A DNA stretch of 64,000 nt from Candidatus Omnitrophota bacterium (GTDB lineage: Bacteria > Omnitrophota > Gorgyraeia > Gygaellales > Profunditerraquicolaceae), in NCBI GenBank assembly GCA_028712175.1, contig JAQTQQ010000002.1, positions 40,405 to 104,404 on the forward strand, read 5' to 3'. Positions 28,105 to 38,254 of the stretch are shown here, piece after piece (position 1 is the first letter of the stretch; every line of letters starts with the position of its first letter). A program made the translations under genes and the position numbers. The notes beneath the pieces are model-generated. The model did not search any database. It saw only the letters and a list, made by a program, of their open reading frames with translations, and had not been told where the DNA came from.

Positions 28105-28733
28105 TTAGGGTTGCTCTGGTAAGAAATTTTTTGCCAGCGCCATAAAAATTATCCCCAGCAAAAAAGCAATAAAAGAGGCGGTTGCGCGCTTGAGGCCTTT
28201 TTCTTTGTGGAGTTCCGGAATCAAATCGCTTGCCGCTATATAAATGAAACCTCCGGCAGTAAACGGCAATATAAAATTTGAAAAGTTCCTGCTTATATCG
28301 GTTATAAAATACCCCACGACTGCTCCGATTACGGCCATGGTTGCAGAGGCGAAATTAAATAAAAGTACCTTCTGCGATTACCATTCCGTCAATACAATTA
28401 TGAAATCCATCCCACCAGGTTCAGATAAGTAAAGGCATGCGTCCTACATCCGCCATCCTCATGACAGTGCCGCCAATGCAAATACCTTTCCATGAGGAAG
28501 AAGGCTATAATTCCGGGTACTATATAAAAAAATACAGTTTCACTTTTATTGTTTTCCAGAGATTCCGGAAGGATGTGTAAAAATGCGGTACCGAAGAGTG
28601 CGCCCGCAGAAAAACCTATCAGGCAAAAAAGCATCTTGTGCACCAGATTATCCTTTATGGACAAAGTAATAATACCCACTAAGGATATAATACTGACCAA
28701 AAATATACTGGCTAAAATACACAATAAAACCAT
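28105..28733 (-). pseudogene. ZIP-family (ZupT/GufA-like) metal transporter broken by two same-direction frameshifts
   Basis: ORF A (28398..28733) ends ...HWRHCHEDGGCRTHAFTYLNLVGW. A 23-codon middle segment in a second frame reads DGFHNCIDGMVIAEGTF, the ZIP HNxxDG signature. ORF C (28105..28338) in the third frame reads ...FTAGGFIYIAASDLIPE. The shifts sit in a C/G run (about 28412) and an A/T run (about 28357-28364). Confidence 0.6.
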
Positions 28734-28743
28734 ATGCAGGAAT

Positions 28744-28824
28744 CTAACCTAAATTAGGTTTTCTGCCCTTATTGGCTTTCTTAGAACGCCAGTTAAGCTT
28801 TCCTCTTCGTTTTCTTTTTCCCAT
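28744..28824 (-). CDS. 26-aa basic micro-ORF resembling ribosomal protein bTHX (speculative)
   Basis: MGKRKRRGKLNWRSKKANKGRKPNLG, compared with the THX pattern MGKGDRRTRRGKIWRG. No SD. The start is 3 nt after the upstream stop. Confidence 0.2.
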   Translation of the reverse strand: MGKRKRRGKLNWRSKKANKGRKPNLG

Positions 28825-28826
28825 AG

Positions 28827-29474
28827 TTAGTTTTTGTAATAGCTTAGCGGGACACTTTGCGCGATAAAACGGCCGGCTTCAATCAAACAGTCATAAATGA
28901 CCTTGCTCATCGGAGTCCCGACATATTCGCTTAAACCTGTCTTAAATATTTTATCATGCGGGGTCATTATTTTTTTATTTCCCGGGTTTTCCACTGCCTG
29001 ACTCTGAATATCCCGGCTGCTTATTATGCTCGAGGTCGCCCTGTCAATAATACGCAGGCGCAACTGCATATTTGCTTTGTTTAAAGGCTCCCCTAACAAA
29101 CCACCCATAAAACTGCTGGCGCTGCTTCCGCCTCCGGCTAAACCGCTCTTACCCCCTGAACTCTCCGGGATAAATTCAATGACTTCAACGCTAACAGCCA
29201 GATCTGCTTCTTGAGGGGAAACTATAATAAAACGCTTTGTGTCGTTTAAAATGCTAATGAAATATTCTTTCAAGGCAAGCCCAACTTGCGCATAAATACC
29301 GGAGGTTTTTAATTCAAAATCGTTGACCGTAATCTTAACCTTGGGTCCGGAATAAGGGTTTAACGGCTCTCCGGTCAAAGATTTATCCAAAACAGAATGC
29401 GGCTTTGTTGAAAAACACCCTGCCAAAAATAATAGAATAAGTGCGAAACTAAAGATTTTAAAGCTTTTTTTCAT
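28827..29474 (-). CDS. lipoprotein, hypothetical. Start placed at the internal Met preceding the lipobox.
   Basis: MKKSFKIFSFALILLFLAGC lipobox signal. Confidence 0.5.
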   Translation of the reverse strand: MKKSFKIFSFALILLFLAGCFSTKPHSVLDKSLTGEPLNPYSGPKVKITVNDFELKTSGIYAQVGLALKEYFISILNDTKRFIIVSPQEADLAVSVEVIEFIPESSGGKSGLAGGGSSASSFMGGLLGEPLNKANMQLRLRIIDRATSSIISSRDIQSQAVENPGNKKIMTPHDKIFKTGLSEYVGTPMSKVIYDCLIEAGRFIAQSVPLSYYKN

Positions 29475-29528
29475 GCTTACTTTTAATATATTACCGATTA
29501 ATCCGGCTGTCAAGGGAAACCTAACCGC

Positions 29529-30173
29529 TTAAGGCTTACATATATCCATAAGCTGTCTAAGCTTGGTAATTATCTTAAACGGCCGTTCTTTTTTAATCTC
29601 AATGGTGCTGCTTGAGCCGCCGGTAACAATTATTGTGTCAATTTTTGCCCGCCTCCCTGCTTCGGCGTCAATAACCATATCCCCCACATATAAAACCTGC
29701 GGCTTTTTAAAGGATAATTCTTTGATTATCTTGTTCAATATCTCGGGATTAGGTTTACCCTGTTTTAATTTATCGGCGCAAAGCACATAATCAAAATAAT
29801 CAAATATACGTAAATGCTTTAATAGTATAAGAGAAAATTTCGTCGGGCGGTTTGTGGCCACTGCCAATTTATAGCCTCTTGCCTGAAGGCGCCCCAAAAG
29901 AAGGCGGACATACGGATAAAGACGGGAATACTTAAGCAAGCTGTGCTTATGATGCTTCCGATATAAGCTTAAGGCTCGGCCTAAATCCTGCCTCAACACA
30001 AAGGGCTTAAGCAAATTAAGGTCTCCCCAGCCGACTGCCCGGCGGATGGACTTGGCGCTTTTTTCCTTTAACCCCAACTTGCGCATTACATAATTAAAGC
30101 TGGCTTCTATTGCTGCGTAAGCATCCACTAAAGTGCCGTCTAAATCAAAAATAATTAATTTTATATCTTTCAT
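29529..30173 (-). CDS. HAD-family hydrolase (phosphoglycolate phosphatase-like)
   Basis: IIFDLDGTLVD motif I and ...YVGDMVIDAEAG motif IV. Confidence 0.75.
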   Translation of the reverse strand: MKDIKLIIFDLDGTLVDAYAAIEASFNYVMRKLGLKEKSAKSIRRAVGWGDLNLLKPFVLRQDLGRALSLYRKHHKHSLLKYSRLYPYVRLLLGRLQARGYKLAVATNRPTKFSLILLKHLRIFDYFDYVLCADKLKQGKPNPEILNKIIKELSFKKPQVLYVGDMVIDAEAGRRAKIDTIIVTGGSSSTIEIKKERPFKIITKLRQLMDICKP

Positions 30174-30205
30174 ATAAAATATAGGCAGGGTTTTAAGCCC
30201 TGCCT
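30174..30205 (-). terminator. putative intrinsic terminator
   Basis: Stem aggcaggg / ccctgcct (8 bp, GC-rich), a 7-nt loop, and a U-rich tail on the minus strand. It sits between two minus-strand genes. Confidence 0.45.
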
Positions 30206-30232
30206 ATTTATAATAATTTGCTATATAAATAA

Positions 30233-30859
30233 TTATTGTGCTTGACTGCTGGTTTCCGCTGGCAATTCAGATACCGGTGCTACCGAAGGTAGTTCCGTTT
30301 CTATGGCTCTAGGCGCTGGCTCTGTTGTAGGCGCAATAACCGGCGCCATCGCTTCCGGGCTCACCAACACAGGCGACCCCGGTACAGTTACCGGCCCTAA
30401 AATAGGCTCGGCCGATTTAACCTCTTCTTTAACAGGCGTTTCAGGGATAAGCACAGGAGCAGCATCCAGTGCTTCCAAACTTATGTTTTTGGCTACATTT
30501 TTATTATCAGCTCCGGCCGCATAATCTATGCTTAAAGTGTCTTTTAATTTCAACTCATCAAGGCCTTTTACGTTCTCAAAGGTAGTTTTATCGTCAGCAA
30601 CCAAAACAAGTTCTTTCTCCTGATCAGTTTCATAATCAAGGTACTTGATGGTAAAAGACTTTGCCGGAATATCCAGATTCATCACTTCCCCCCAAGCCCA
30701 TTGCGTATCGCTCTTTTCCTGCTCCGGGATAGGTTGACTGGAAGCAATCACGACAGATTCTACGCCGGCGCGCGGGGCTTCCTCGGCAAACACAACAAAG
30801 CTAACAGCTATAATTGAAATGAAAAATATGGATAAAAACACAATTTTCTTGAACTCCAT
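30233..30859 (-). CDS. secreted protein with a Pro/Ala/Val-rich C-terminus, hypothetical. Internal start at MEFKK.
   Basis: Signal peptide plus a low-complexity PVxAP repeat tail. The longer track ORF would overlap the next gene. Confidence 0.4.
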   Translation of the reverse strand: MEFKKIVFLSIFFISIIAVSFVVFAEEAPRAGVESVVIASSQPIPEQEKSDTQWAWGEVMNLDIPAKSFTIKYLDYETDQEKELVLVADDKTTFENVKGLDELKLKDTLSIDYAAGADNKNVAKNISLEALDAAPVLIPETPVKEEVKSAEPILGPVTVPGSPVLVSPEAMAPVIAPTTEPAPRAIETELPSVAPVSELPAETSSQAQ

Positions 30860-30914
30860 CTTGGCCTCCTTTAAGGGTGAATTCAAATTATCACAGAATT
30901 TCTTGTTTGTCAAG

Positions 30915-32306
30915 TTATCTGTAAAATGGCAGAAAAACAAGCGCAAACATAACAATGAACGTAGTAATTAAGCCCACGGTTAAACCCACCCAGAGCCAGT
31001 TAAAGAAATTTATTTTAATCCGGCCTTCTTTTTCAAGGATTCCTATTGCTACAATATTTGCGGTAGAGCCGATCAAGGTGATATTCCCGCCCAGGCACCC
31101 GCCAAAAAGCAATGCCCACCACAATGGCTGCAGGTTCATATTCAAACTATGAAAACCCTGGACAACCGGCACAAAAGCTGCTACCAAAACCACGTTATCC
31201 AAAACGCTTGAGCCTATCGCGCTTATCCATAACACAATACCGGTCAATAAATTGAGGTTGTTGCCGGTAACTGCTAATAAGTTTTTGGCGATAAAAACAG
31301 TTGCACCGGTATACTTCAACGTCCCTGCCTGCACAAATAAAAGCAAAAAAAAGAGCAAAGTCCACCATTCGACATCTTTTTCGATATATTTCCTGGCCTT
31401 ACGATGTTTCCAAATCATCACAAAACCGCTTGTAACCAAGGGGACGACCAGCAATACGGTATTAACGGGCAGCCCCAAAGCCAATTCCATACGGTGATGC
31501 AAAGAGATCAAAACCAACATTATCCCAAATATACCTAAGCTTACTTTGAGGTCCTTCTCCGGAGGCACAGAAATCAACCTGATTAATATATCGTTAGCCC
31601 CCAGCCTCTGTATCTGCTCATCAAGAAGTTTTATCGATTTCCTATACCAGAATAAGAGGATGAAAATAGCAACAATTAAACAAACTACCGCCAAAGGAAG
31701 GGCTTTTGCGATAAAATCTTCAAAGGTTAATCCTGATTTTGAAGCAATAAGTATGCCGATTGGATTTCCCAGGACCGTAGCCGCGGAGCCGATATTGGTA
31801 GTTAAAACAGAGATTATAACAAACGGAACGGGATTAATTTCAAAGTAATCACAAATCTCTAAAACCGCAACCACAATAAAGATAATAGAAGTCACTTCAT
31901 CAACCGTGCAAGCAAGTAAAGCGGAAATAATCCCGACAAAAAGAACAAACTTCTTGCCGGTTAATTTGGGAACCCGTAAAATAAGGCTGACAATCCAGGC
32001 AAAAACTCCGGAGTCTTTAAGCAATCCGATAACCACCATCATTCCAATTAAGAAGAGAATGACCTCAAGCGATGAGAACTCAATGACATGTTCCAAATCA
32101 ACAGTCCTGGTCAATAACAATACGGATGTGCCGATAAAAGCAAAGCTGAGGCGGAAATCCCAAAAGAAAAGAGTCCCTAAGATTGACGCGGAGAATATGC
32201 CAACGGAGAGCGCCTGGTGGGCCGTCATGCCGGAAAAATTAGCGCAGGCGCCAATAGAAAAAGCCAATAAAAATAAAGAGAGCAGTTTTAAAGACAGACT
32301 TTTCAT
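30915..32306 (-). CDS. ArsB/NhaD-family (SLC13-like) permease, paralog of 18945..20213
   Basis: 463-aa polytopic protein with the same family motifs (SAATVLGNPIGILIA / GGNITLIGSTANIVA). Confidence 0.65.
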   Translation of the reverse strand: MKSLSLKLLSLFLLAFSIGACANFSGMTAHQALSVGIFSASILGTLFFWDFRLSFAFIGTSVLLLTRTVDLEHVIEFSSLEVILFLIGMMVVIGLLKDSGVFAWIVSLILRVPKLTGKKFVLFVGIISALLACTVDEVTSIIFIVVAVLEICDYFEINPVPFVIISVLTTNIGSAATVLGNPIGILIASKSGLTFEDFIAKALPLAVVCLIVAIFILLFWYRKSIKLLDEQIQRLGANDILIRLISVPPEKDLKVSLGIFGIMLVLISLHHRMELALGLPVNTVLLVVPLVTSGFVMIWKHRKARKYIEKDVEWWTLLFFLLLFVQAGTLKYTGATVFIAKNLLAVTGNNLNLLTGIVLWISAIGSSVLDNVVLVAAFVPVVQGFHSLNMNLQPLWWALLFGGCLGGNITLIGSTANIVAIGILEKEGRIKINFFNWLWVGLTVGLITTFIVMFALVFLPFYR

Positions 32307-32339
32307 TTATCAAAGACAAACTTTTAATAACCTTAGTAG

Positions 32340-32909
32340 CTAATAAAGAATTGCCTTGATGCGCGAATGCATTGATCTGTAAACAAGCACTGCAAGAATA
32401 ATTTTAAATACATTCCCCAATAAAAACGGGAAGAATCCGATCAAAAAAGCCTGGCTTAACGAACAGGATAAACTAACCTTTAGCCAAAGCATGCCGCTAG
32501 CCAAGATTATAATATCCGCGGATAAAAATCTTAGAAAAATAATCAAATGGTTTTTCTCTTCTTTTTCGAATAATCTGGCGGCTAAAAAAGAGGAAAAGAT
32601 AAAACCAACTATATAACCCCCTGTAGGCCCGAGCAAATAAAGTGCTCCGCTACCAGAACCCGTAAAGACTGAAAGCCCGGTCAAACCTAAAAACATGTAA
32701 GAGCATTGCGTAAATACCCCCAGTTTCCTGCCAAGCAAGGCGCCGGAAAGTAAAACAAAAAATGTCTGCAATGTAAACGGAACGGGGGTAAAAGGCAAAG
32801 GTATGCGCACAAATGCGGATAAAGTAGTAAAAATAATAAAAACCCCTGCTGCAAAGATCCGGCAAATTCTTTTATCCGTAATTAACTCTCTTCTGATAAC
32901 TGTTTCCAT
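32340..32909 (-). CDS. bioY: biotin transporter BioY (ECF S-component)
   Basis: 189-aa BioY-like sequence with PFTLQTFFVLLSGALLG. Confidence 0.8.
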   Translation of the reverse strand: METVIRRELITDKRICRIFAAGVFIIFTTLSAFVRIPLPFTPVPFTLQTFFVLLSGALLGRKLGVFTQCSYMFLGLTGLSVFTGSGSGALYLLGPTGGYIVGFIFSSFLAARLFEKEEKNHLIIFLRFLSADIIILASGMLWLKVSLSCSLSQAFLIGFFPFLLGNVFKIILAVLVYRSMHSRIKAILY

Positions 32910-33007
32910 ATTGCTCTCCTAATTATATTTTTAATCGAGGTATACAATTTTTATATATTATATACGAAAAACGGATAATAGCAAAAAGAAAATAAGCTGT
33001 ATTATCC

Positions 33008-33045
33008 AAATGGCCGTTTTCCTTTCAAAAAGAAAACGGCCATTT
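33008..33045. terminator. perfect 14-bp hairpin between the small membrane gene and bioY
   Basis: aaatggccgttttc-N10-gaaaacggccattt followed by TTTTT on the plus strand. Confidence 0.45.
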
Positions 33046-33073
33046 TTATCCTTACCTGCCTTGATTACCTTAA

Positions 33074-33298
33074 TTATTCTTTAGCTATAGCTAAAGTAAT
33101 TACTCCGGCTAAAATCAAAAATAAACCTATACCGCCCTTAATAATCATGAGAAGTGATTCCCAGAACGTTAGGGTCAGCCAGCCTCCTAAAACTAAAAGC
33201 GCTAAACCCAAGATAACCTTAAAAATCATAGACATTGTTTTTTTTGCATCACAACATTTATCCTCTGTGCCGCAACACTTCTTCTCTTCCTGCCCCAT
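33074..33298 (-). CDS. small membrane protein, hypothetical
   Basis: 74 aa with an N-terminal CC..CC pair and two transmembrane helices. Confidence 0.3.
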   Translation of the reverse strand: MGQEEKKCCGTEDKCCDAKKTMSMIFKVILGLALLVLGGWLTLTFWESLLMIIKGGIGLFLILAGVITLAIAKE

Positions 33299-33314
33299 AG
33301 ATACACCTCCTTTT

Positions 33315-34226
33315 TTAACTAGGCTTGCTTTTCCACCTGCGATGAATCCACCCCCACTCCGCGGGATACTTACGTATATAAGATTCGATGATACCGGTGA
33401 GCATCTGGATATTTATCAATATAGTATCCTTAGGGTCTTTGCCTTCAGCCAGCTGTAACTGCGCTTCAAAAATTATCTTATGTTTATCATCTGGCTGCCT
33501 GGTGATAAAACACGGGACAATGGCGGCTTGAGTCCTCTGCGCCAAAATAACAGGGCCTGTGGCAGTTGCCGCTTTCTGGCCGAAAAAGTCTACGAATACT
33601 CCCCCTGTACCGAAATTTTGGTCAATGGGAATAAAAATCAACTCATTGTTGCGTAAAGCGGTAATGGTATTATTTACGCATTCATTGCGCGGCTGGCTAT
33701 AGATCGTCTTGACTCCAAACTTAGCCCTTTTCTCAAGAAAAATCTTTTCTACTCTTGAATCGCGCATCGGCCGCATAATCCCGCCAACATTATACCCTTC
33801 AACCGCAAGTCGCCCTAAAAGCAGCGGAAAATTACCAAAATGCGCACTGACTAGAATTACCCCCCGGCCGCCCCTTAATGCCTCATCCAGATTCTGCTGG
33901 CCGACAATTTCAACCAGCTCTTTTAGAACATGGGGTTTATCAAAGAAGAACATGAGCTCAACAGCGCTTTTGGCCATATATGTAAAACAGTCTTTGGCTA
34001 TTTTCTCAATCTCCTTGGGGAGCTTTTCCTGCCCAAAAGCAATATTCAAGCTATCCAAAGCAATTTTCCTCTGTTTCCCGGCGAATATATAAGCTAAAGC
34101 GGCAATGCTTCTGGCAAAAGCGTAAAGAAACCCGGCGGGAATCACCTTAACTATCAAAGAACATAGACTTAACCCGAACCAAGCCGCAAAATGGCTGAAG
34201 GATTTACGAATCTTTTTAAAATCCAT
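33315..34226 (-). CDS. lipid A biosynthesis (Kdo2-lipid IVA) lauroyl/myristoyl acyltransferase family (LpxL/HtrB-like)
   Basis: 303 aa with an N-terminal transmembrane helix and an HX4D-like SAHFGNF motif. PF03279-like. Confidence 0.7.
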   Translation of the reverse strand: MDFKKIRKSFSHFAAWFGLSLCSLIVKVIPAGFLYAFARSIAALAYIFAGKQRKIALDSLNIAFGQEKLPKEIEKIAKDCFTYMAKSAVELMFFFDKPHVLKELVEIVGQQNLDEALRGGRGVILVSAHFGNFPLLLGRLAVEGYNVGGIMRPMRDSRVEKIFLEKRAKFGVKTIYSQPRNECVNNTITALRNNELIFIPIDQNFGTGGVFVDFFGQKAATATGPVILAQRTQAAIVPCFITRQPDDKHKIIFEAQLQLAEGKDPKDTILINIQMLTGIIESYIRKYPAEWGWIHRRWKSKPS

Positions 34227-34336
34227 ATAGATATTAATTTAAGTTATTAAAATTATAGCAAATCATCCCTAGATTACAAGAAAATTTGAGCAGATAATCT
34301 TTTATCCGGTAAAATCCTGCCGGCTTGCAATACAAG

Positions 34337-34822
34337 TCAGAGTTTATAGCCCATTTTACGCAATAAATGTTTACGCCAGGTAATATCGGCCGCATCCTCT
34401 ATGCCCTTAGGAAGCAGGCCGTCAATTACCCCCATTATCCCCCTGCCAGCAGGGCTTTCGGCAATAACTACCTCCGTCGGGTTAGCCGTAGCGCAATAGA
34501 TATTGCATACTTCGGGAATATCTTTTATGGCATTTAGAATATTAATAGGATACGCTTCTTTTATAAAAATAATAAAGCTGTGCCCGCAGGAAAGCTTAAG
34601 TGAATTCTTAGAGGCCAATTCCTTAAGCGCTTCATCGTTGCCCTCGCATCTTATTTTGCATGCCCCGGAGGCTTCAGTAAATGCCAAACCAAATTTTATA
34701 CCCGGCACGCTGCTAACTAATACCTCATACAAGTCTTCGGTTGTTTTAATAAAATGGCTCTGACCCAGGATAAAATTAAGATCAGGCGGTTTATCAATCA
34801 TAATTGCCTTAAACTCTAACAT
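34337..34822 (-). CDS. adenosine-specific kinase-like protein (PF04008/DUF355 family), tentative
   Basis: 161 aa. GQSHFIKTTEDLYE...PGIKFGLAF matches my recollection of this family. Confidence 0.35.
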   Translation of the reverse strand: MLEFKAIMIDKPPDLNFILGQSHFIKTTEDLYEVLVSSVPGIKFGLAFTEASGACKIRCEGNDEALKELASKNSLKLSCGHSFIIFIKEAYPINILNAIKDIPEVCNIYCATANPTEVVIAESPAGRGIMGVIDGLLPKGIEDAADITWRKHLLRKMGYKL

Positions 34823-34830
34823 ATCTCCTC

Positions 34831-36237
34831 CTATTTGATCCTGATTTTCCGGAAACCCACAACATCAATAGGCAAATTGCCATGATAAGCCTTAATCGAA
34901 GTCAGTATATAATCCGGTTTTCCCAGAAGTTCAAGCGGGATTTTCAAAATTAGGCTCTGCCTGGCAAACTCTAAAATCACCCCATGGTTAGCAATCCTCT
35001 TCTTAGCATTAAATACTTTACATTTTCTCCCCGCAGTAATTATACGGATTTTCGGCATTTGGGCGAAGGCCTTGTTTTTGCTATACCCGAAGGCATAAAG
35101 CAGCGTGCCAAACCTGCTGCTAAGCCGCTTTGGCTTATCTAGTCGTACGACAAAATAATTATCCTGAACGGCATAACTAACAGAGCCTTTTTCTTCCATT
35201 ACTTCTACTTCCTTGCCCTCTTGAGGGTATTCCGTTTCCTTAAACATCTCCTGGGCGCCAAAATAAGAAATAATTTTATCCTTCAGCGTCGACTGAACGC
35301 TTAATTCTAAAGGCGGATAATCGCCAAAAAGCTCATTTTCTCTGGCAAAGGAAAATAAATAGAAGGCGCTAGATTGTGTCTGGCTTTTATAAAAAAGTAT
35401 GGACTGGTGTTTCTTATCTAATTCCTCAAAACTTAAATTCAAACGATACCAGTTAATTTTAGAATTAATGAATTTACCCGGAGGATACAAATCTAATTCC
35501 GGATGGTAATGCCTTGGCTTGGGCCATCCGACAAAATGCACAAGATAGGGATAAACACGGGGAGCGGTAATCAACCCCTCTAAATCGCTCAAAGCCACCT
35601 GAAGGAATAAATATAATGTTTTGTGGTCAACATTGACATCCGCCGGATGCGAAACAAATATTTTATCCGGTTTGTAATCTAATATTTGATTGACCAAATC
35701 CCTTAATATGCTCTCCCCGCAATATGGGGCACCGTAAGAAAGGTTATCTTTATACGGCACACTGGATATTCTTGTCAGGCGGTCGCGAAATGGTTTCTTG
35801 GTCTGCCAATATTTACAGAATATTTCAAATGTCCCATAATCAGGGTATCCTAAAAACACAAGGTCGTTTTCGGTTAAACCAAGAAATTTCATCGCCTCAC
35901 GTGATTCTTTCTGGCGTATTTTTCCCATATAGATAAACGCACCCTGGCGCATAATAATTCTTTTTTTATAAACAATAAAAGCCAGTTCATTGTGGTCCCC
36001 ATTGGTCAGATAAACCACCTTTACTTTAGCCCCTGCATTAACCGCCTGCTGGATAACTCCGGCACAGGCAATAGACTCATCATCCGGATGCGGAGCTAAA
36101 ATCAAAATACGTTCACCCTTCTTAAAAGACTCAAGTTCCGGTATAGGACCCCAGAGGTCTATATCCGATTTTTGCACTCTTGCGCATCCGCCAAGCAGTA
36201 AAATCATTAAGAAAAGTATAAAGTTTCTTTTATGCAT
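34831..36237 (-). CDS. PIG-L/LmbE-family deacetylase lipoprotein with a C-terminal extension
   Basis: LLLGGC lipobox and the LAPHPDDESI signature. Confidence 0.7.
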   Translation of the reverse strand: MHKRNFILFLMILLLGGCARVQKSDIDLWGPIPELESFKKGERILILAPHPDDESIACAGVIQQAVNAGAKVKVVYLTNGDHNELAFIVYKKRIIMRQGAFIYMGKIRQKESREAMKFLGLTENDLVFLGYPDYGTFEIFCKYWQTKKPFRDRLTRISSVPYKDNLSYGAPYCGESILRDLVNQILDYKPDKIFVSHPADVNVDHKTLYLFLQVALSDLEGLITAPRVYPYLVHFVGWPKPRHYHPELDLYPPGKFINSKINWYRLNLSFEELDKKHQSILFYKSQTQSSAFYLFSFARENELFGDYPPLELSVQSTLKDKIISYFGAQEMFKETEYPQEGKEVEVMEEKGSVSYAVQDNYFVVRLDKPKRLSSRFGTLLYAFGYSKNKAFAQMPKIRIITAGRKCKVFNAKKRIANHGVILEFARQSLILKIPLELLGKPDYILTSIKAYHGNLPIDVVGFRKIRIK

Positions 36238-36281
36238 ATTTATATCCTATCATTTAACTAATTCGGAGTCGAGAAAATAAA

Positions 36282-36770
36282 TTATATATATTCAAGAGGA
36301 TCTTGGGGAATGCCATTTTTTCTAACTTCAAAATGCAGGTGGGACAATATACTCCGGTATCTGGCATTTCCTGTCCTGCCGACTTTGCCGATAACCTGGC
36401 CTTGGCCGACATAGTCATTTTTTCGCACAAGGATTTCTGATAAATGGCCATATACAGTAATGACATCATTTTTGTGCTGGACGATCACATATTTACCCAT
36501 ACCGAAATTCTGGGCAGCGCTGATTATTTTGCCGCTTTTAGCGGCTAAGACCGGCGTGCCGACATCCGCAAGAAGATCAATGCCTTTATGCAGCCTCCTG
36601 CCTCCGGAACGGGTTGCAGCAAATACCCCATTTCCGCCAGCATCATTACGTACAATAATATCGTTTTTGTATTCAATAGGACAGACAAAATATCGTTTGT
36701 CTATTGAAGCTATGCCTAAAAATACATAAGTTGTTAATATGATTAAAACAACCAAGAAAAATTTTTTCAT
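36282..36770 (-). CDS. M23-family (LytM) metallo-endopeptidase
   Basis: HKGIDL...GTPV...HLHFEV zinc-ligand motifs. Confidence 0.8.
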   Translation of the reverse strand: MKKFFLVVLIILTTYVFLGIASIDKRYFVCPIEYKNDIIVRNDAGGNGVFAATRSGGRRLHKGIDLLADVGTPVLAAKSGKIISAAQNFGMGKYVIVQHKNDVITVYGHLSEILVRKNDYVGQGQVIGKVGRTGNARYRSILSHLHFEVRKNGIPQDPLEYI

Positions 36771-38254
36771 CTTTTATTTTTTATGATTGACATTATAGCA
36801 TAAGCGACAAGTAGCATGCATAAAACAACAAAAAAATCACCGTAATGGCTATAGAAAGTGCCTGCGGAACTGCCCGGATAAATATCCTGGCTTATCTTGC
36901 CCCTTACAAATATCTCTTTGCCTCTTGCGTCTTCTACCACAGACAAAATCTTTCCAAATGGATCAATAAAACCAGATATTCCGGTGTTAGCGGAGCGCGC
37001 AAGATAAGCGCGGTTTTCAACTGCCCTAAAAACTGAAGCAGCAAAATGCTGATAAGGAGCGCTGCCTTCTTTATACCAGGCATCATTGGTGATATTGACC
37101 AAAAATTTTGCCCCTCTTTTTACAAACTGGCGGGATAATTCCGGAAAAAGATCCTCAAAACAAATAAGTACGCCAAAAGGCTGCGGATATTTAAATATGG
37201 TATAATCCTTGCCGGCGGTAATATCCCCAATAGGAGCAATCGTTGCTAAAAACGGAAAGATATTTTTAAACGGGACAAATTCTCCGAAAGGAACCAAATG
37301 CAGCTTATTATAGATTGCCTGGGGAGTCCCTGATTTATCAATAAACAAGGCGCTGTTATAATATTTCTCTCCGTAATGTGAAACCGTCCCCACTAATAAA
37401 TGGGTGTTTATCCGGCGCACAAGGGAATAAACACTCCTAAATTCGCTTTCATCCTCTCCCCAGAGAAAAGGTACGGAGGCCTCCGGCCAGATAATCAAAT
37501 CCGGCCTATCAGCGGATGCAGAATTAGTCAACTCTTCATATCTATTCTGGATAAATCCGATTGCCTGCTTATCCCACTTTAGGTCCTGCGGGATATTGCC
37601 CTGGATCACAGAAATCTTAATTGGTGCCTGGGACTCTGATCTCTGAACCCGGTATATTTTGCAGTATCCATATGCCAAAACAACACTTAAACACAATATC
37701 GGAACAATAAGTTTCTTAACCCTTGCGGCAACCGGCAGGCCGCAAGTTAAAACAAAATAAAGCGCAGAATTAACAAACACCACTAAAAACGAAACTCCCC
37801 AGGCGCCTGTAATATCAGCTATCTGAATAACGGGTAAGTTTTTATATTGCGAAAATGCTAACTGCGCCCACGGAAAACCGGTGAACAAATAACTACGGAT
37901 ATACTCAAGAACGACCCAAAAACTAGGCAAAAACAGGACCCCATTGACCGGTATCCGCCTCAGAAAAGCTACGCTTATGCCAAAAAGGCCAAAATATAAA
38001 GCAAGATATAAAATCAGAATGATTGTGCCTAAAAGGGTAACATGGACAAGCCAATAAACGGTAAATGACCAAAAAATAACTCCCGAGAGGTAAGAGAGGA
38101 TAAACGACCGGAATAAACTCTTATTTTCCAACGCGGCGAAGAGAGGAATAAAACCTAACCAAGCAAGCTGCCAGAGATTAAAACTGGAAAATGAAAGGGA
38201 TAATAAAACCGCAGCGGCAATAGAAAGGGCTGGAGAACTTATTTTCCGCAACAT
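36767..38254 (-). CDS. lnt: apolipoprotein N-acyltransferase
   Basis: N-terminal polytopic domain plus a CN-hydrolase domain (ICFEDLFPE). Confidence 0.85.
   Translation of the reverse strand: MLRKISSPALSIAAAVLLSLSFSSFNLWQLAWLGFIPLFAALENKSLFRSFILSYLSGVIFWSFTVYWLVHVTLLGTIILILYLALYFGLFGISVAFLRRIPVNGVLFLPSFWVVLEYIRSYLFTGFPWAQLAFSQYKNLPVIQIADITGAWGVSFLVVFVNSALYFVLTCGLPVAARVKKLIVPILCLSVVLAYGYCKIYRVQRSESQAPIKISVIQGNIPQDLKWDKQAIGFIQNRYEELTNSASADRPDLIIWPEASVPFLWGEDESEFRSVYSLVRRINTHLLVGTVSHYGEKYYNSALFIDKSGTPQAIYNKLHLVPFGEFVPFKNIFPFLATIAPIGDITAGKDYTIFKYPQPFGVLICFEDLFPELSRQFVKRGAKFLVNITNDAWYKEGSAPYQHFAASVFRAVENRAYLARSANTGISGFIDPFGKILSVVEDARGKEIFVRGKISQDIYPGSSAGTFYSHYGDFFVVLCMLLVAYAIMSIIKNKR

Noticed and set aside
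36254-36469. 71-aa ORF overlapping the M23 peptidase 3' end
   Set aside because: It overlaps a gene with clear LytM motifs and is out of frame.
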